DNA from: Camelus dromedarius | Lineage: Eukaryota | Assembly: GCF_036321535.1 (NCBI RefSeq) | Contig: NC_087437.1 | Span: 44,952,001-45,012,000, forward strand | Reading direction: 5' to 3' | DNA: 60,000 nt | Part shown: positions 1 to 12,579 of the stretch, in pieces | Position numbering within the stretch: position 1 is the first letter of the stretch | Layout of the letters: each line of letters starts with the position of its first letter | Notes under the pieces: model-generated | Databases searched by the model: none | Told to the model about the DNA's origin: nothing | What the model saw: only the letters and a program-made list of their open reading frames with translations | Position numbers and translations under genes: made by a program

Positions 1-528
1 GTGTGAGGTGATACCTCATTGTAGTTTTGATTTGCATTTCTCTGATAAGTAGTGATACTGAGCATTTTTTCATGTGCCTATTGGCCATTTATATATTCTG
101 GGAATTAAGCCCTCATCTTTTGTAAACATTTTCTCCTATTCCTGTAGGTTGTCTTTTTATTTTGCTTATGGTTTCCTTTGCTATGCAAAAGCTTCTAAGT
201 TTAATTAGGTCCCATGTGTTTGTTTTTGCTTTTATTTCTATTGCTTGGGTAGATTATCTGACATAAATCTCAGCAATGTTCTCGTAGGGCAATGTTTTCT
301 TGTAAGAGGTTTATAGTGTCTTGCCTTTTGCTTAAGTCTTTAAGACATTTTGAGTTTACTTCTGCATATTTTGCACATAGTGGGAGGAAGTGTTCTAACT
401 TCATTGGCTTACATGCAGCTGTCCAGTTTTCCCAACACCACATGCTGCAGTATGTTCTTGCCTCCTTTGTCAAAGATTAATTGACCAAAAGTTTGTGGGT
501 TTATTTCTGGGCTCTCTATTCTGTTCCA
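1..528 (-). mobile_element. LINE-1 ORF2 3' part (same family as 12580-14094), runs off the window edge
   Basis: Reverse complement aligns by eye to ~12650-13295 of this window. Carries a small deletion near 90 and a micro-inversion at 254-290. Confidence 0.9.
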
Positions 529-529
529 T

Positions 530-1117
530 ATTTTTCAAAACTGGAGTATAGTTGATGTACAATATTGTATCTTACAAATATACAATATAGTGATTCATAA
601 TTTTAAAGGTTATACTCCATTTATAGTTTTTTTATAAAATATTGGCTGTAGTCCCCTGTTGTACAGTACATCCTTGTAGCTTATTTTATACCTGATAGTT
701 TGTACCTCTGAATTCTCCACCTCTGTCTTACCCCTCCCTGTCAGTCTCTTTCATTTCTGTTATATTCACTAGTTTGTTGTATTTTTTTAGATTCCACATG
801 TTAAGTGATATCTTATAGTATTTGTCTTTGTCTGACTTACTTCACTTACCATAATGCCCACCAAGGCCATCCATGATGTACACCAGAAACTAATATAACA
901 TTTATTAGGAAAATGCAAATCAAAATCATGAGACCCATCTCACACTTGTCAGAATGGCCCTCATCAAAAAGAACACAAATAACAAATGTTGAAATGTTTG
1001 CAAGGATGTGGAGAACAGGGAACCTTTGTACACTGTTGGTGGGAATTGGTGTAGCCACTATGGAAAACAATATGGAGGTTTTTCAAAAGCCCCAAAACAG
1101 AACCACCACATGGCCCA
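530..1117 (-). mobile_element. 5'-truncated LINE-1 with 5' inversion (3' end 530-878 on -, inverted ORF2 piece ~895-1117 on +)
   Basis: 530-878 is the reverse complement of an L1 3' UTR/ORF2 end (…caactatactccag). 913-1117 encodes MQIK…-type ORF2 C-terminal sequence in the opposite orientation. Confidence 0.8.
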
Positions 1118-1910
1118 GTGTACAGTCTGGCCTGAGTTTGTGGCTTCCTTCCATGTGATTTGGGATTGTTTTCTTATTTCTGGTCTCTGCCCCTGGTAGA
1201 TGAGGCTGAATTAGAGTCTTATGCAGGTTTCCTGGACCTCTGGTGGGTAGGGCCTGTCTAGAGGCATTGGTGGCTCAGGAAGTCTGCCAATGGGTAGGGC
1301 TGTGTTCCCACCCAGTATGTTGTATGCTGTTGGTCCTGAGGCTTCCCAGCCCTAAAGGTTAGAGGCTGTTGGATGGGGCTAGGTCTTGGTGCTAATTATT
1401 TAATCAAGATGTTAGCCTCCAGGAAAGCTCATGTAGATGGAACACTCCTGGAATGTCCACCACCAGCTTTTATGTCCTCTAGGTGAGCAGCAGCCATCCC
1501 CTACCTCCTCAGAACACTTCCAAAACCAGCAGGCAGGTCTGGCCCAGCTTCCTACGAAATCACTGCCTCAGCCCTTGGCACATGCAAGATCCTATGTATA
1601 CTTCTCAAGAGATTGAAGCCTCTGTTTCCCCCAGTCCCGTGGGGCTCCTGGAGTTAAACCCGACTGGCCTTCAAAACCAGGTGTCCTGGGGTTTCCGACT
1701 CTCACTCCTGTGGGAGGGCCTCTGCGACTTATTCTTCAGCTTGTGGGTTGCCCACCCAGCAGGTAATGGGGCCTGATTATATTGTAAGCATGCCCTTCCT
1801 ACCATCTCCCTGTAGGTCCCTCTTTATGTTTCCAGTTGACATTGATTGTTTAGTCACAAGGAGAGGTGAGCTCGTGGTCCTACTACTACTTTGTTGCTAT
1901 CTTGACCAGA
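1118..1910 (-). mobile_element. LINE-1 5' UTR fragment
   Basis: Reverse complement begins caagatagc…gagctcacctctcc, like the L1 5' ends at 2140 and 44325; shares the ttgaaggccagt motif. Confidence 0.85.
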
Positions 1911-2139
1911 AATCCACCTCTGTTTTTGATCCTTTCTTCCCTTACCTCCTAACCTTGCTCCATCAAGTTTCACAAGTATTCTGCATACTTAGTCTTGGTT
2001 GCCTCAGTGATTTCCACCTTCTGCTTTGAAAACATACTCCTAAGGTTTACCTTAAATCAGAAATCCTCCTCTTTTAACTCTTCTGCACCCACATCCTCAC
2101 CTTCATTTACTGACACAATTTTCCAAAGGACTGCTTACT

Positions 2140-5100
2140 GGAGTAGAAAGGCCCTGAGCTCACCTCGTCTCATGAGCATACCAAAAAATCACAAATAAAA
2201 GATCAGAACCTCTACAAATAAAGACAGGTTGGAGGGGCAGACTCACAATATAGCCAAGTCCCATAATCTTGGGTAGGTGATCCACAAAATGGAGAATAAT
2301 TAAATTGCAGAGGTACTGCAAAGGACTAAGACCTGAGCTCCATGCAAGGCTCCCAAGCCTGGGGGTCCTACACCAGGAACATGAGTCTCCAGCGCATTTG
2401 GCTTTGAAGGCCAGTGGAGCATACTTGCAAGGATTCCCAGAGGGCTGGGAGAAGTGGAAACTTCACTCTTAAAGGGCACACACACACACAAAAAAAAAAT
2501 CTCAGATGATTAGAGACCAAGGGCAGAAGCAGTAATGTGAGAGGGCCCTGGGTCAGACTAACCTGCTGACCTTGGAGCATCTCCTAGAAAGTCACGAGGC
2601 AACTGCAGCTCACCCCAGGAACACAGACATTGGCAGGAGCCATTTTGGAGCACTCCTTCTACTATATGGACACTGGTGCTAACATCATTATTGTGGAATC
2701 ATCCCTCTAACTCATTAGTGCCAAGGCGTGACCCCACCCAACAGCCTGTAAGTACTACCCACCAGTGAGGAGACACTAGTCCCAGAATCCCCTAGGCCCC
2801 TGCCCTCCAGGGAGCCTTCTCTAGCCTCTGGATCAGCTTCACCCACTGAAGGGCAGACACCAGACTCAAGAGAACCACACAGTCCTGCAGGCTGTGGACC
2901 CAGCCTGCCCATGAGCAGAGCAGAACCAGTTCCAGGACCAGCAGGGCCCCAGCATTGCCCACTAGGATTTCAATACAAATTTTGGGAAACCCTAGACACC
3001 ATATTCAAATGTCTCAGGAACTGCTTCTCTCACCAGCAATCTGATGCCAGCTCTGGGAACCCTAGTCCTGCAGCCAGACCTCCGACTCTGGCAAACAATG
3101 AGCCAGCATAGGTCCCATGGCCCTCTGAGGTTCTACAGTCAGCCACTTTGTAATCTGGTCCCACCAACCAGCACTGTCTGCATAAGGCAGGGCCTGGCAG
3201 CCAACCGGACTGGGGCCAATAGAGCCTACCAAACTGCCCACATAGTCAGCCCAACACAGTGACCCAAGCAGCCCTGTAAAGCATACAGGCCAGGTAAGGA
3301 GAAGGAAGTGTGCTGCTGGGATGCAGAGGATGTCTCCTACCAAAGGCTGGAAAATGTACCCAACCTACCAGATACATAAAAATACAACAGCAACTTATGC
3401 AAAATGAGGCAAGAGAAGGATATGTTCTAGACAAAGGAAAGATAAAACCCCAGAAGAATAACTAAAGGAAGCGAGGCAATCTACCTGAGAAGAGTTTCAA
3501 AGAACTCCAGAGAAGAACGGATGCAGAGAGTGAGAAGTCAGAAAATACAAAGACAACCAAACAGAAATGAAGAACACAGTAACTGAAATGAAAAACAAAA
3601 AATACTAGAAGGAATCAACAGTAAATGACACAGGGGAATGGATCAGCAAGCTACAAGACAGAGTGGTTAAAAGCACTGAAGCTAAACAGAAAAATAAAAA
3701 AAGACTAAAAGGAAATGAGGACAATTTAAGAGACCTTTGGAACATCAACCACATAAATATTCATGCTATAGGAATTCCAGAAGAAGAAATAACAGCTGAA
3801 AACTCTCCATACCAGGGATGGAGGGGCAAAATCAAAGTCCAAGAGGTGCAGAGAGTCTCACACAGGATTAATCCAAAAATGAACATACCAAGACATATTG
3901 TCATTAAAGTCATAAATATGAAAGATGAAGAATGTATTAAAAAGAGCAAAGGAAAAGCAACAAATAGCATACAAGGAAATTCCAATCAGGGGCTATCAGC
4001 TAACTTTTCAGTATAAACCCCACAGGCCAGAAGCGGGTAACACAATATATTTAAAGTGATGAAAGGGAAAGAAACACCTACAACCAAGGTTCTCATTCAG
4101 ATTTGATGGAGAAATCAAAAGCTTTACAGACAAGGAAAAGCTTTACAAGAAATGTTAATGGAACTTCTCTAAGGAAAACGAAAATGTTCCTCAGTATAGG
4201 CAAACATATAGTAAATGTAGGAAATCATCCACACACAAATCTAGTAGGAAAGTTAAAAGACAAAAGTAGTAAAATCATCTATATTCACAATATAAGCAGT
4301 TAAAGGATATGTAAAACAATTAGATGCAAAATATGATATCAAAAACAGTCATCATAAGGAAAGTATGAATGCAGAGTTGTTAAAATGCATTTGAAAGTTA
4401 AAAGAATCACACATACACACACACATATATATATAGAGATTGCTATATTAAAATTTATAGTAGCCAAAAGTCTATAATGGATACACATACAAAAAAGAAA
4501 AAGGAATCTAAACATAACACAGAAAGATGGTTATCAAATCACGAGAGGAGAATAAAAAAATACCTAGGAAACTAACCTCAAAATAATTGACAGGATGTCT
4601 ATAAGAACATACGTATCAATAATTTCCATAAATTAAATGGGCTAAATGCTCCAAACTGTAGAATGGCTGAATAGATTCAAAAACAAGACCTGTATATATG
4701 CTGCCTATAGGAGACTCACTTCAGCTCTAAGGGCACAAGTAGACTGAAAATGAGGGGGTGGAAACAGGTATTCCATGCAAACGGCAATCAAAAGACAGCT
4801 GTGGTACCAATATTTACATGAGACAAAATATACTTTAAAGTAAAGATTGTTATATAATGTCCTCCTTTGTTTCTCTTAACAATCAAGAGATCAATCCAAG
4901 AAGATATAACAATTGTTAACTATATAGGGACTCAACATAGGAGCACCTAATACATAAAGCAAATACTAACAGACAAAAGGGAGAAACTGATAATAATATA
5001 GTAATAGTAGGGGACAGCGCTCCATTTAAATCATTGAACAGATCATCCAGAAAGAATACCAATAAAGAATTACTGATCTTAAATGACACATGAGACACAA

Positions 5101-5861
5101 TGAACTCAGTAGATAGATAGATATATATATACACATATAGAAAATTTCATCTAAAAGCTGCAGAATACACATTTTGAATTGCATGTGAACTAGTCTCCAG
5201 GATAGATCCCATACTAGGCCATAAAATGAGCCTTGATGAATTTAAGAAAATTGAAATCATAATAAGCATCTTTTCTGACCACAATTATGAGACTAGAAAT
5301 TAACTGTGAGGTAAGAAAACACAAACAGGTGGAAGCTAAGCAATGTGCTACTAAACCACCAATGAATCACTAAAGAAATCAAGGAAATCAAAAAATAACT
5401 AGAGACAAGTGAAAATGAAACATGACATTCCAAAACCTATGGGACCCAGCAAAAGTACTTCTCTTAAGAGGGAAATTTATAGCAACAAGAACTCACCTCA
5501 GGAAACAAGAAGAATATAAAATAAACAACCTCATTTTATACCTAAAGGAACTAGAGAAAGAAGAGCAGATGAAACCCAGAATTAGTAGAAGAGAAGAAAT
5601 CATAAAGATTAGAGCAGAAATAAATGAAATAGAGAAAAAATAGAAAATATCAATGAAACTAAAAGCTGGTTCTTTGAAAACATAAACAAAATTGATAAAC
5701 CTTTAGCCAGACTCTTCAGGAAAAAAGGGGAGAGGGTCCAAATCTATAAAATCAGGAAAAGGAGAAGTTACAACCAACACCACAGAAATACAAAGATCAT
5801 AAGAGACTACTAGGAGCAAATTCTAGAAGAAATGAACAAATTCTTAGAAGTGTACAATCTC
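2140..5861 (+). mobile_element. LINE-1: 5' UTR, degenerate ORF1 and ORF2 endonuclease region, 3'-truncated
   Basis: 5' motif gagtagaaaggccctgagctcacctc. ORF1 remnant 3663-4016 (…RDLWNINHINIHAIGIPE…NPKMNIPRHIVIK). ORF2 starts ~4595; ORF 5422-5643 QNLWDPAK…RGKFIA…[10 protein letters not shown]. Many frameshifts. Confidence 0.93.
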
Positions 5862-8800
5862 AGGAAGAGCTGCCAAATGGTGAGGCAGCTCTGATTTTAG
5901 TGTGCTTGTAAGAGGAGGTGAGCTCAGGGCCTATCTGCAGAACAGCCGTTGATGTAGAAGACTGAAATCTGCCAGAAAAGATTTCTACAACTACAGACCT
6001 AAAGAAGGAACCACAACAAGATGGATGGGGGGGCGGGGGAGGTGGTGCTGACTTGCAATATAATCAAATCCTATATCCCCTGGGTGGGTGGCCCACAAAC
6101 AGGGGAATGGTTATGTTGCAGAAGTTCTCCCACAGGAGTGAGAGTTCTGAGCCCCAGGTCAGGCTCCCCAGCCCAGGAGTCTGGCACCAGAAAGATGAGC
6201 CTTCAGTGCATTTGTCTTTGAAGGCCAGGAGGGCTTTACTACAGGAGCCCCACAGGACTAGGGGTAACAGAGACTTTGCTCTTAAAAGGCACACACAAAA
6301 TCTCATGTGTCCTGGGACCCAAAGCAAAAGCAGTAATTTAATAGGAACCTGGGCCAGACCTATCTACTAGTTTTGGAGCATCTCCTTGGGGTGGGGGTGG
6401 GGAGCAGAGGTGAGTGCAGCTCACTCTGGGGACACAGACACTGGAGGCAGACATATTTGGCACCATTTAACTGTGTGAACACTCCTGGCAGCTGGTATAT
6501 TAGATCATTGGTGCCAAGACCTGGCCCCACCAAATAGCCTTCAGGTCCTGATGCTGGGGCACTGAGTGAGGACACAGTGCCACTCATCAGCAGACAGGCT
6601 GCCTGAAGAATTCCTGAGCCCACAATTATCTCTAGACATACTCCTGAACACTGATTGCCCTGCCTACCTGAGGGCCAAGGTTCAACTCCACCCACCAGTA
6701 GGCAGGCACCAGCCCTCCCACCAGGAAGCCTTCACAAGCCTCTAGACCAGTTGGCCCCAGCCCTGCCCACGAGCAGGCCGGTATCATCTTTGGGATACCC
6801 CAGACTCCATACCCACCTGTGTCAGGAACTGCATCCTCCTCCCCCACCAATTATCTGAAATGAGCTCTAACATCCCTGGGCCCTGTAGCCGGACTCCAGG
6901 AACCAGCTCTGCCTGCCAGTGGGTGGGCAACAGCCCCAGAGTCTTTGGGATTCTAACTCCTACTACCAGTGAGCCTGCACTAGCCCCAGAACACACAGGG
7001 TTCCACAACCACCCACCTCATGCCCAGGCCCCACTAAATAGCAGCCAGCAACATCCACACAAGGCAGAACCAGGCAACCAACTAGACTTGGGGCTATCCA
7101 AACCTACCAGTCTGCCAACATAGTCAGCCTGCCACAGCAGAGGGACCTGTGCAGCACTCTCACAGAGAAGCCCTAGAGGACACAACCTGGGTGATGAGAG
7201 AGAAATGCACAGCTGGGACACGTAAGATGTCTCTTACAGAGGTCCACCTCTCTTAGGTGGAGAAATGTAAATAACCTACCACATACAAAAAAATGCACAT
7301 AGCAACTTAGACAAAATGAGGCTGCAAGGAATATGTTCTAAGGAAAAATAAAACTCCAGAAGAAGAATTAAGTGAAGTGTAAATGAACAATCTACTCAAG
7401 AAAGACTACAGAGTAATGATCATAAAGATGATCAACGAACTCAGGAGGAGAATGGATGCACAGGGCGAGAAGTTAGAAGTTTTAAAGAGTAAGAAAATAT
7501 AAAGAACAACCAGAGATGAAAAATATAATAAATGAAATAAAAATACTAGAAGGAATCAACAGTAGACTAAATGATACAGAAAAACAGATCAGTGAGCTGG
7601 AAGACAGAGTAATGGGTATCACTGCTGCTGAACAGAAAAAAGAAAGAAAGAATGAGAAGAAATGAAGACAGTTTAAGACACTTCTGGGACAACATCAAGA
7701 ACGCTAATATTCACATTGAAGGGATCCCAGAGGAAGAGAGAAAGAGAAAGCACCTGAGAAAATGAAGAGACAATAGCTAGAGATAACTTCCCTAGCCTGG
7801 GAAAGAAAACAGGCATTCAATTCTAGGAGGTGCAGAGAATCTCATACATTAGCCTGAAGAGGAACACTCACAAAGAAACACTAATCAAATGACAAAAATT
7901 AAAGAGAATGCTAAAAACAGCAAGGGAAAAGCAACAAACAACTTACATGGGAACTCCCATAAAACTATCAGCTGATTTTTCAGCAGAAACTCTGCAGGCC
8001 AGCAGTGGCAGAATATAAAGTGATGAAAGAGAAAAACCTACAACCAAGTGTAATCTACCCAGCAAGATTCTCATTCAGATGTGATGGCAGAATTACAAGT
8101 TTTACAGACAAGCAAAAGCTAAAAGAATCCAGCACCACCAAATAAGATTCACAACAAATGTTAAAAGAACTTCTTTAGGCAAAATAACAAGGCCACATTA
8201 GAAACAAACAAACAAAAAATTATGAAATGAAAAAGCTCACTGGTAAAGGCAAACATACAGTAAAGGTAGGAAATCATCCACACACAACACTAGTAGGGAA
8301 GTTAAAGACAGAAGTATTATCCACAATAAGCAGTTAGAGATACATAAAATAATTAGATGTAAAATGATATCAAAAACATTAATGCTAAGAGGAAGAGAGT
8401 ACAAGCGCAGTACATCTCAAATACATTTGAATTTAAGAGATCACCAACTTAAAACAATCTTGTTTATATATAGACTGCTATACAAAGTCTTCATGGTAAC
8501 CACAAACCAAAAATCTGTAATAAACACACATACACACACACAAGAAAAAGGAATCCAAACATTACATTGACGATGGTTATCATATCACAAGTGAAGAGAA
8601 CAAAAAGAAGAGGGGGAAAAAAGACCTACAAAAACAAATCAAATCAATTAACAAAATGGCAGTAAGAACATACATATTGGAAATTGCCTTAAATGTAAAT
8701 GTACTAAATACTCCAACCAAAAGATGTAGTAGACTGGCTGAAAGGATTCAAAACAAGACCCACATATATATGCTGCCTTGGAAAGACTCACTTCAGATCT

Positions 8801-11540
8801 ACAGACACATACATAATGAAAGTGAGGGAATGGATAAATGTATTTCACACAGATGGAAATAAAAAGAAGGCCAGAGTAGCAATAGTTTTATCAGACAAAA
8901 TAGACTTTAAAATAAAGACTGTTACAAGAGATAAAGGACACTACATAATGATCAAGGCATCAATCCAGGAAGAAGGTATAACAACTGTAAATATATATGC
9001 ATCCAGCATAAATGTGAGCACTGCAATATATAAGGTGAATATTAACTGACATAAAAGAAGAAATCCAAAGTTACACAATAATAGTAGGGGCCCTTAATAC
9101 TCCACTTACATCAATGGACAGATTATCCAGACAGAAAATCAGTAAGGAAACACAGGCTTTAAATAACAAATTAGACCAAATGGATTTAATTGTTGTTTAT
9201 AGAATATTTCATCCAATAGCAGAAAAATATACATTCTTTTCAGGTGCCCATAGAACATTCTCCAGGAGAAATCATATGATAGGCCACAACATGAGACTTG
9301 GTAAATTTAAGAAAATGGAATCACATCAAGCATCTTTCCTGACCACAACACTATGAGACTAGAAGTGAACTACAAAACAAACAAAAAACCCTGCAAATAA
9401 CCCAAAGACATGGAGGCTAAACAACATACTACTAAACAACCAAAGGATCACTGAAGAAATCAAAGAGGAAATTAAAAAATAATGAGACAAATGAATATGA
9501 AACACAGTGATCCAAAACCTATGGGACATAGCAAAAGCACTTGTAAGAGGAAAGTTTTTAGCCTTACAAGTTTTCCTCAGGAAACAAGAAAAATCTCAAG
9601 CAACCTAACCTTACACCTAAAGCAACTAGAGAAAGAAAAACAACAACAAAACCAAAGTTAAAAGAAGGAAAGAAATCATAAAAATTAGAGCAGAAATATA
9701 TGCAATATAGACTAAAAACAATAGAAAAGACCAATAAAACTGAAAGCTGGTTCTTTGAAAAGATAAAATTGATAAACCTTTAGCCACACTAACAAGCATC
9801 AGAAAGAGAAATTAGGGAAACAATCCCATTTACCATCATATAAAAAAGAATAAAATATCTAGGATAAACCTACGTAAGGAGGCAAAAGATCTGTACTCAG
9901 AACACTGTTAAGATGCTGATGAAAGGAATTGAAAATAACACATACAGATGGAACAATATACTCTGTTCAGGGACTTCAAAAATCAGTATTGTAAAAATGA
10001 CCATACAACCCAAGGCAATCTCCAGATTCAGTGTCATCTCTACCAAAATAAAAATGACATTTTTCACAGAACTAGAACAAAAAAATTCTTTTAATTGCAG
10101 GGAAACAAAGAAGACCCTCAACAGCCAAAACAATCTTGAGAAAGAAGAACAGAGCTAGAAGAATCATGCCCTGACTTTAGACTCTAATCAAAACAGTATG
10201 GTACTGGCACAAAAACAGACACAATGATCAATGGAATAGGATAGAAAGCCCAGAAATAAACACATGCACTTCTTGTAAATCTATTTTTAAAAAAGAGGCA
10301 AGAATATACAAGAGAGAAAAGGCACTCTCTTCAGTAAGTGGTGTGGGGAAAATTAGACAGCTACATGTAAAAGAATGAAATTAGAACATTCTCTAACATC
10401 ATATACAAAAATAAACTCAAAATGGATTAAAGACCTAATTGTAATACTGGATACTATAAAACTCCTAGAAGAAAACACAGGCGAAACACTCTTTGACGTA
10501 AATTGTGGTGATTTTTTTGGACCTGTCCCCTAAAGCAAAGGAAGTAAAAGGAAAATTAACAAATGGGACCTAATTTGACTTGAAAGCTGTCTCACAGCAA
10601 AGAAACCATCAATGCAATGAAAAGACAACCTACTAAGTGGGAGAAAATATTTGCTAATAATATGAGCAATAATGAGTTAATATCCAAAATATATAAACAG
10701 CTCATATAACTCAGTATCAAAGAAACAAACAACCCAATTTAAAAATGAGCAGAAAACCTGAATAGACATTTTTCCAAAGAAGACATAGAGATGGCCAACA
10801 GGCATATGAAAAGATGCTCAACATTAATTATCAGAGAAATGCAAATTAAAATCATCATGCAATCACCTTACAGCTTTAATAATGGCTATCATCAAAAGGC
10901 CTCAAATAACAAATATTGGCTAGGATGTGGAGAAAAGGGAACCCTTGTACATTGTTGGTAGGAATGTAAATTGGAGCAACAACTGTGGAAAACAGTATGG
11001 AGGTTCCTCAAAAACTAAAAACAGAACTACCATATGACCCAGCAGTTTTCCTGGGTATATATCTGATAAAAGTGAAAACACTAATTTGAAAAGATACATG
11101 CCCCCTAATATTCATAGCAACATTTTTTTTTTTTTACAATTGCCAAGATACAGAAGCAACCTACGTGTCTTTCAATAGGTGAATGGATAAAGAGGATGTG
11201 GTGTGTATACATACACACACAATGGAATACTACTCAGCCATTAAAAAGAATGAAATTTTGCCATTTGCAACAACATGGATGGGATTGCAGGTAATAATTC
11301 AGACAGAGAAAGACCAATACTATATGATATCACATACATGGAATCTAAAAAATAAAACAAACAAGTGAATATAACCAAAACAAAACAGACTCAGATATAG
11401 AGAACAAACTAGTGATTACCAGTGGGGGGAGAGAAGAGGGGAGGCGCCAAATAGGGATAGGTGATTATCAGGTACAACCTATGTGTATAAAGTAAATACG
11501 CTACAAGGACATACTATACTTCAATAACGAAAATGAAAAC
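5862..11540 (+). mobile_element. Near full-length degenerate LINE-1 with internal deletion of the RT domain
   Basis: 5' UTR ~5862-7310, ORF1 ~7317-8180, ORF2 from 8656 (MAVRTYILEIALNVNVLNTPTKR), jump at ~9790, ORF2 C-terminus (EYYSAIKKNEILPFATTWM), 3' end actatacttcaataa ~11525. Confidence 0.95.
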
Positions 11541-11954
11541 CCACACACCAGAAAATGAGTCAACCTCAGATATGAAGTCTTCAGTTATAGTATCTACTTA
11601 AATGTTATAATATTTAGATAATTTAATACTAAAAAAAGAGACACAGATTTTAAGTGTTGGGGGTGGGTGAAGTACTTAATATCTGTGATCAACTCCCTCT
11701 TTTGTTAGAACACATCCTCAGGCAAGTATCTCTAACCTTCTAACTTGATTTTGAAAGGGGATCATTGTCATGGAGTAGGGAGAACAATTTATTTACCATT
11801 TTCCTAGAGATGATGCTCTGAGTTATTCTAAGTTTGGGGTTTGCTATACTCTGGCAATTTGAGTTTCAAGCTTAGTGCGTGTTGAAATACGATTTTAATA
11901 TGTCCCAAAACAGAAACAGATAATCAAATTAAAACCGTTTCAACCATGTGATTT

Positions 11955-12127
11955 TCTAAATCTTGTCTCTGCTACTTAAGGGCTGTGTGATGTTAGATAA
12001 GCTAATCTCTCTGTGCCCTTTTGTTTCTCTATAAAATTGATATACTAATGGTATATTTGGCATTAAGTTGTTTTAAGGATTAAATGAGCTAAAATATTCA
12101 AAATGCTTAGGATACTGCTAAGAATAT
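11955..12127 (+). mobile_element. MIR SINE (5' part; resumes at ~14173-14215)
   Basis: MIR core-like ggctgtgtgatgttagataagctaatctctctgtgcc…ttttaaggattaaatgagctaaaat; tail aaatgctcacaaaatattagcagttattatt after the LTR. Confidence 0.75.
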
Positions 12128-12579
12128 TATAGGGGAGGAAAGAAAAAGCCCCTTTTCTTCTACCACCCTAAATTCTTTGACTGGGTCCCTACAAATTAGA
12201 GTGACAGAAGACAGATTAACAAGAGAAAAGCAGTTTATTAATACAGGAAGCACACATCAACACAAAAGAAATTCAGTGATGAGTATCTCAAAGGGGTGAT
12301 CAGAACTTGGGCATATACAGTGCCTTAAAAAAGAGTAATGAATTTTTAGAGAAGTGACAAGACCCCCTGAAAAGGGGTTTTAGACTTCCAAGGGTAGTAA
12401 ACCAAGCGAAGGGAAATAACATGAAGGAAACTAAAGGATGATGAGAATTGTTTTAGTAGTATTTGTTAAGTTGATTCCTCTTGGTGGTGTCTGTGGGCTG
12501 ATAAGAGTCTAGATTCATCTCCAGTAATTAATGGTTGGGGGAGGATACAGACTTCTTCTGTATATAGCTTCTCAGCTGT

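Noticed and set aside
2140..11540. Possibly active L1 or domesticated RT/endonuclease gene
   Set aside because: ORF1 and ORF2 are broken by many stops and frameshifts, and the RT domain is deleted.
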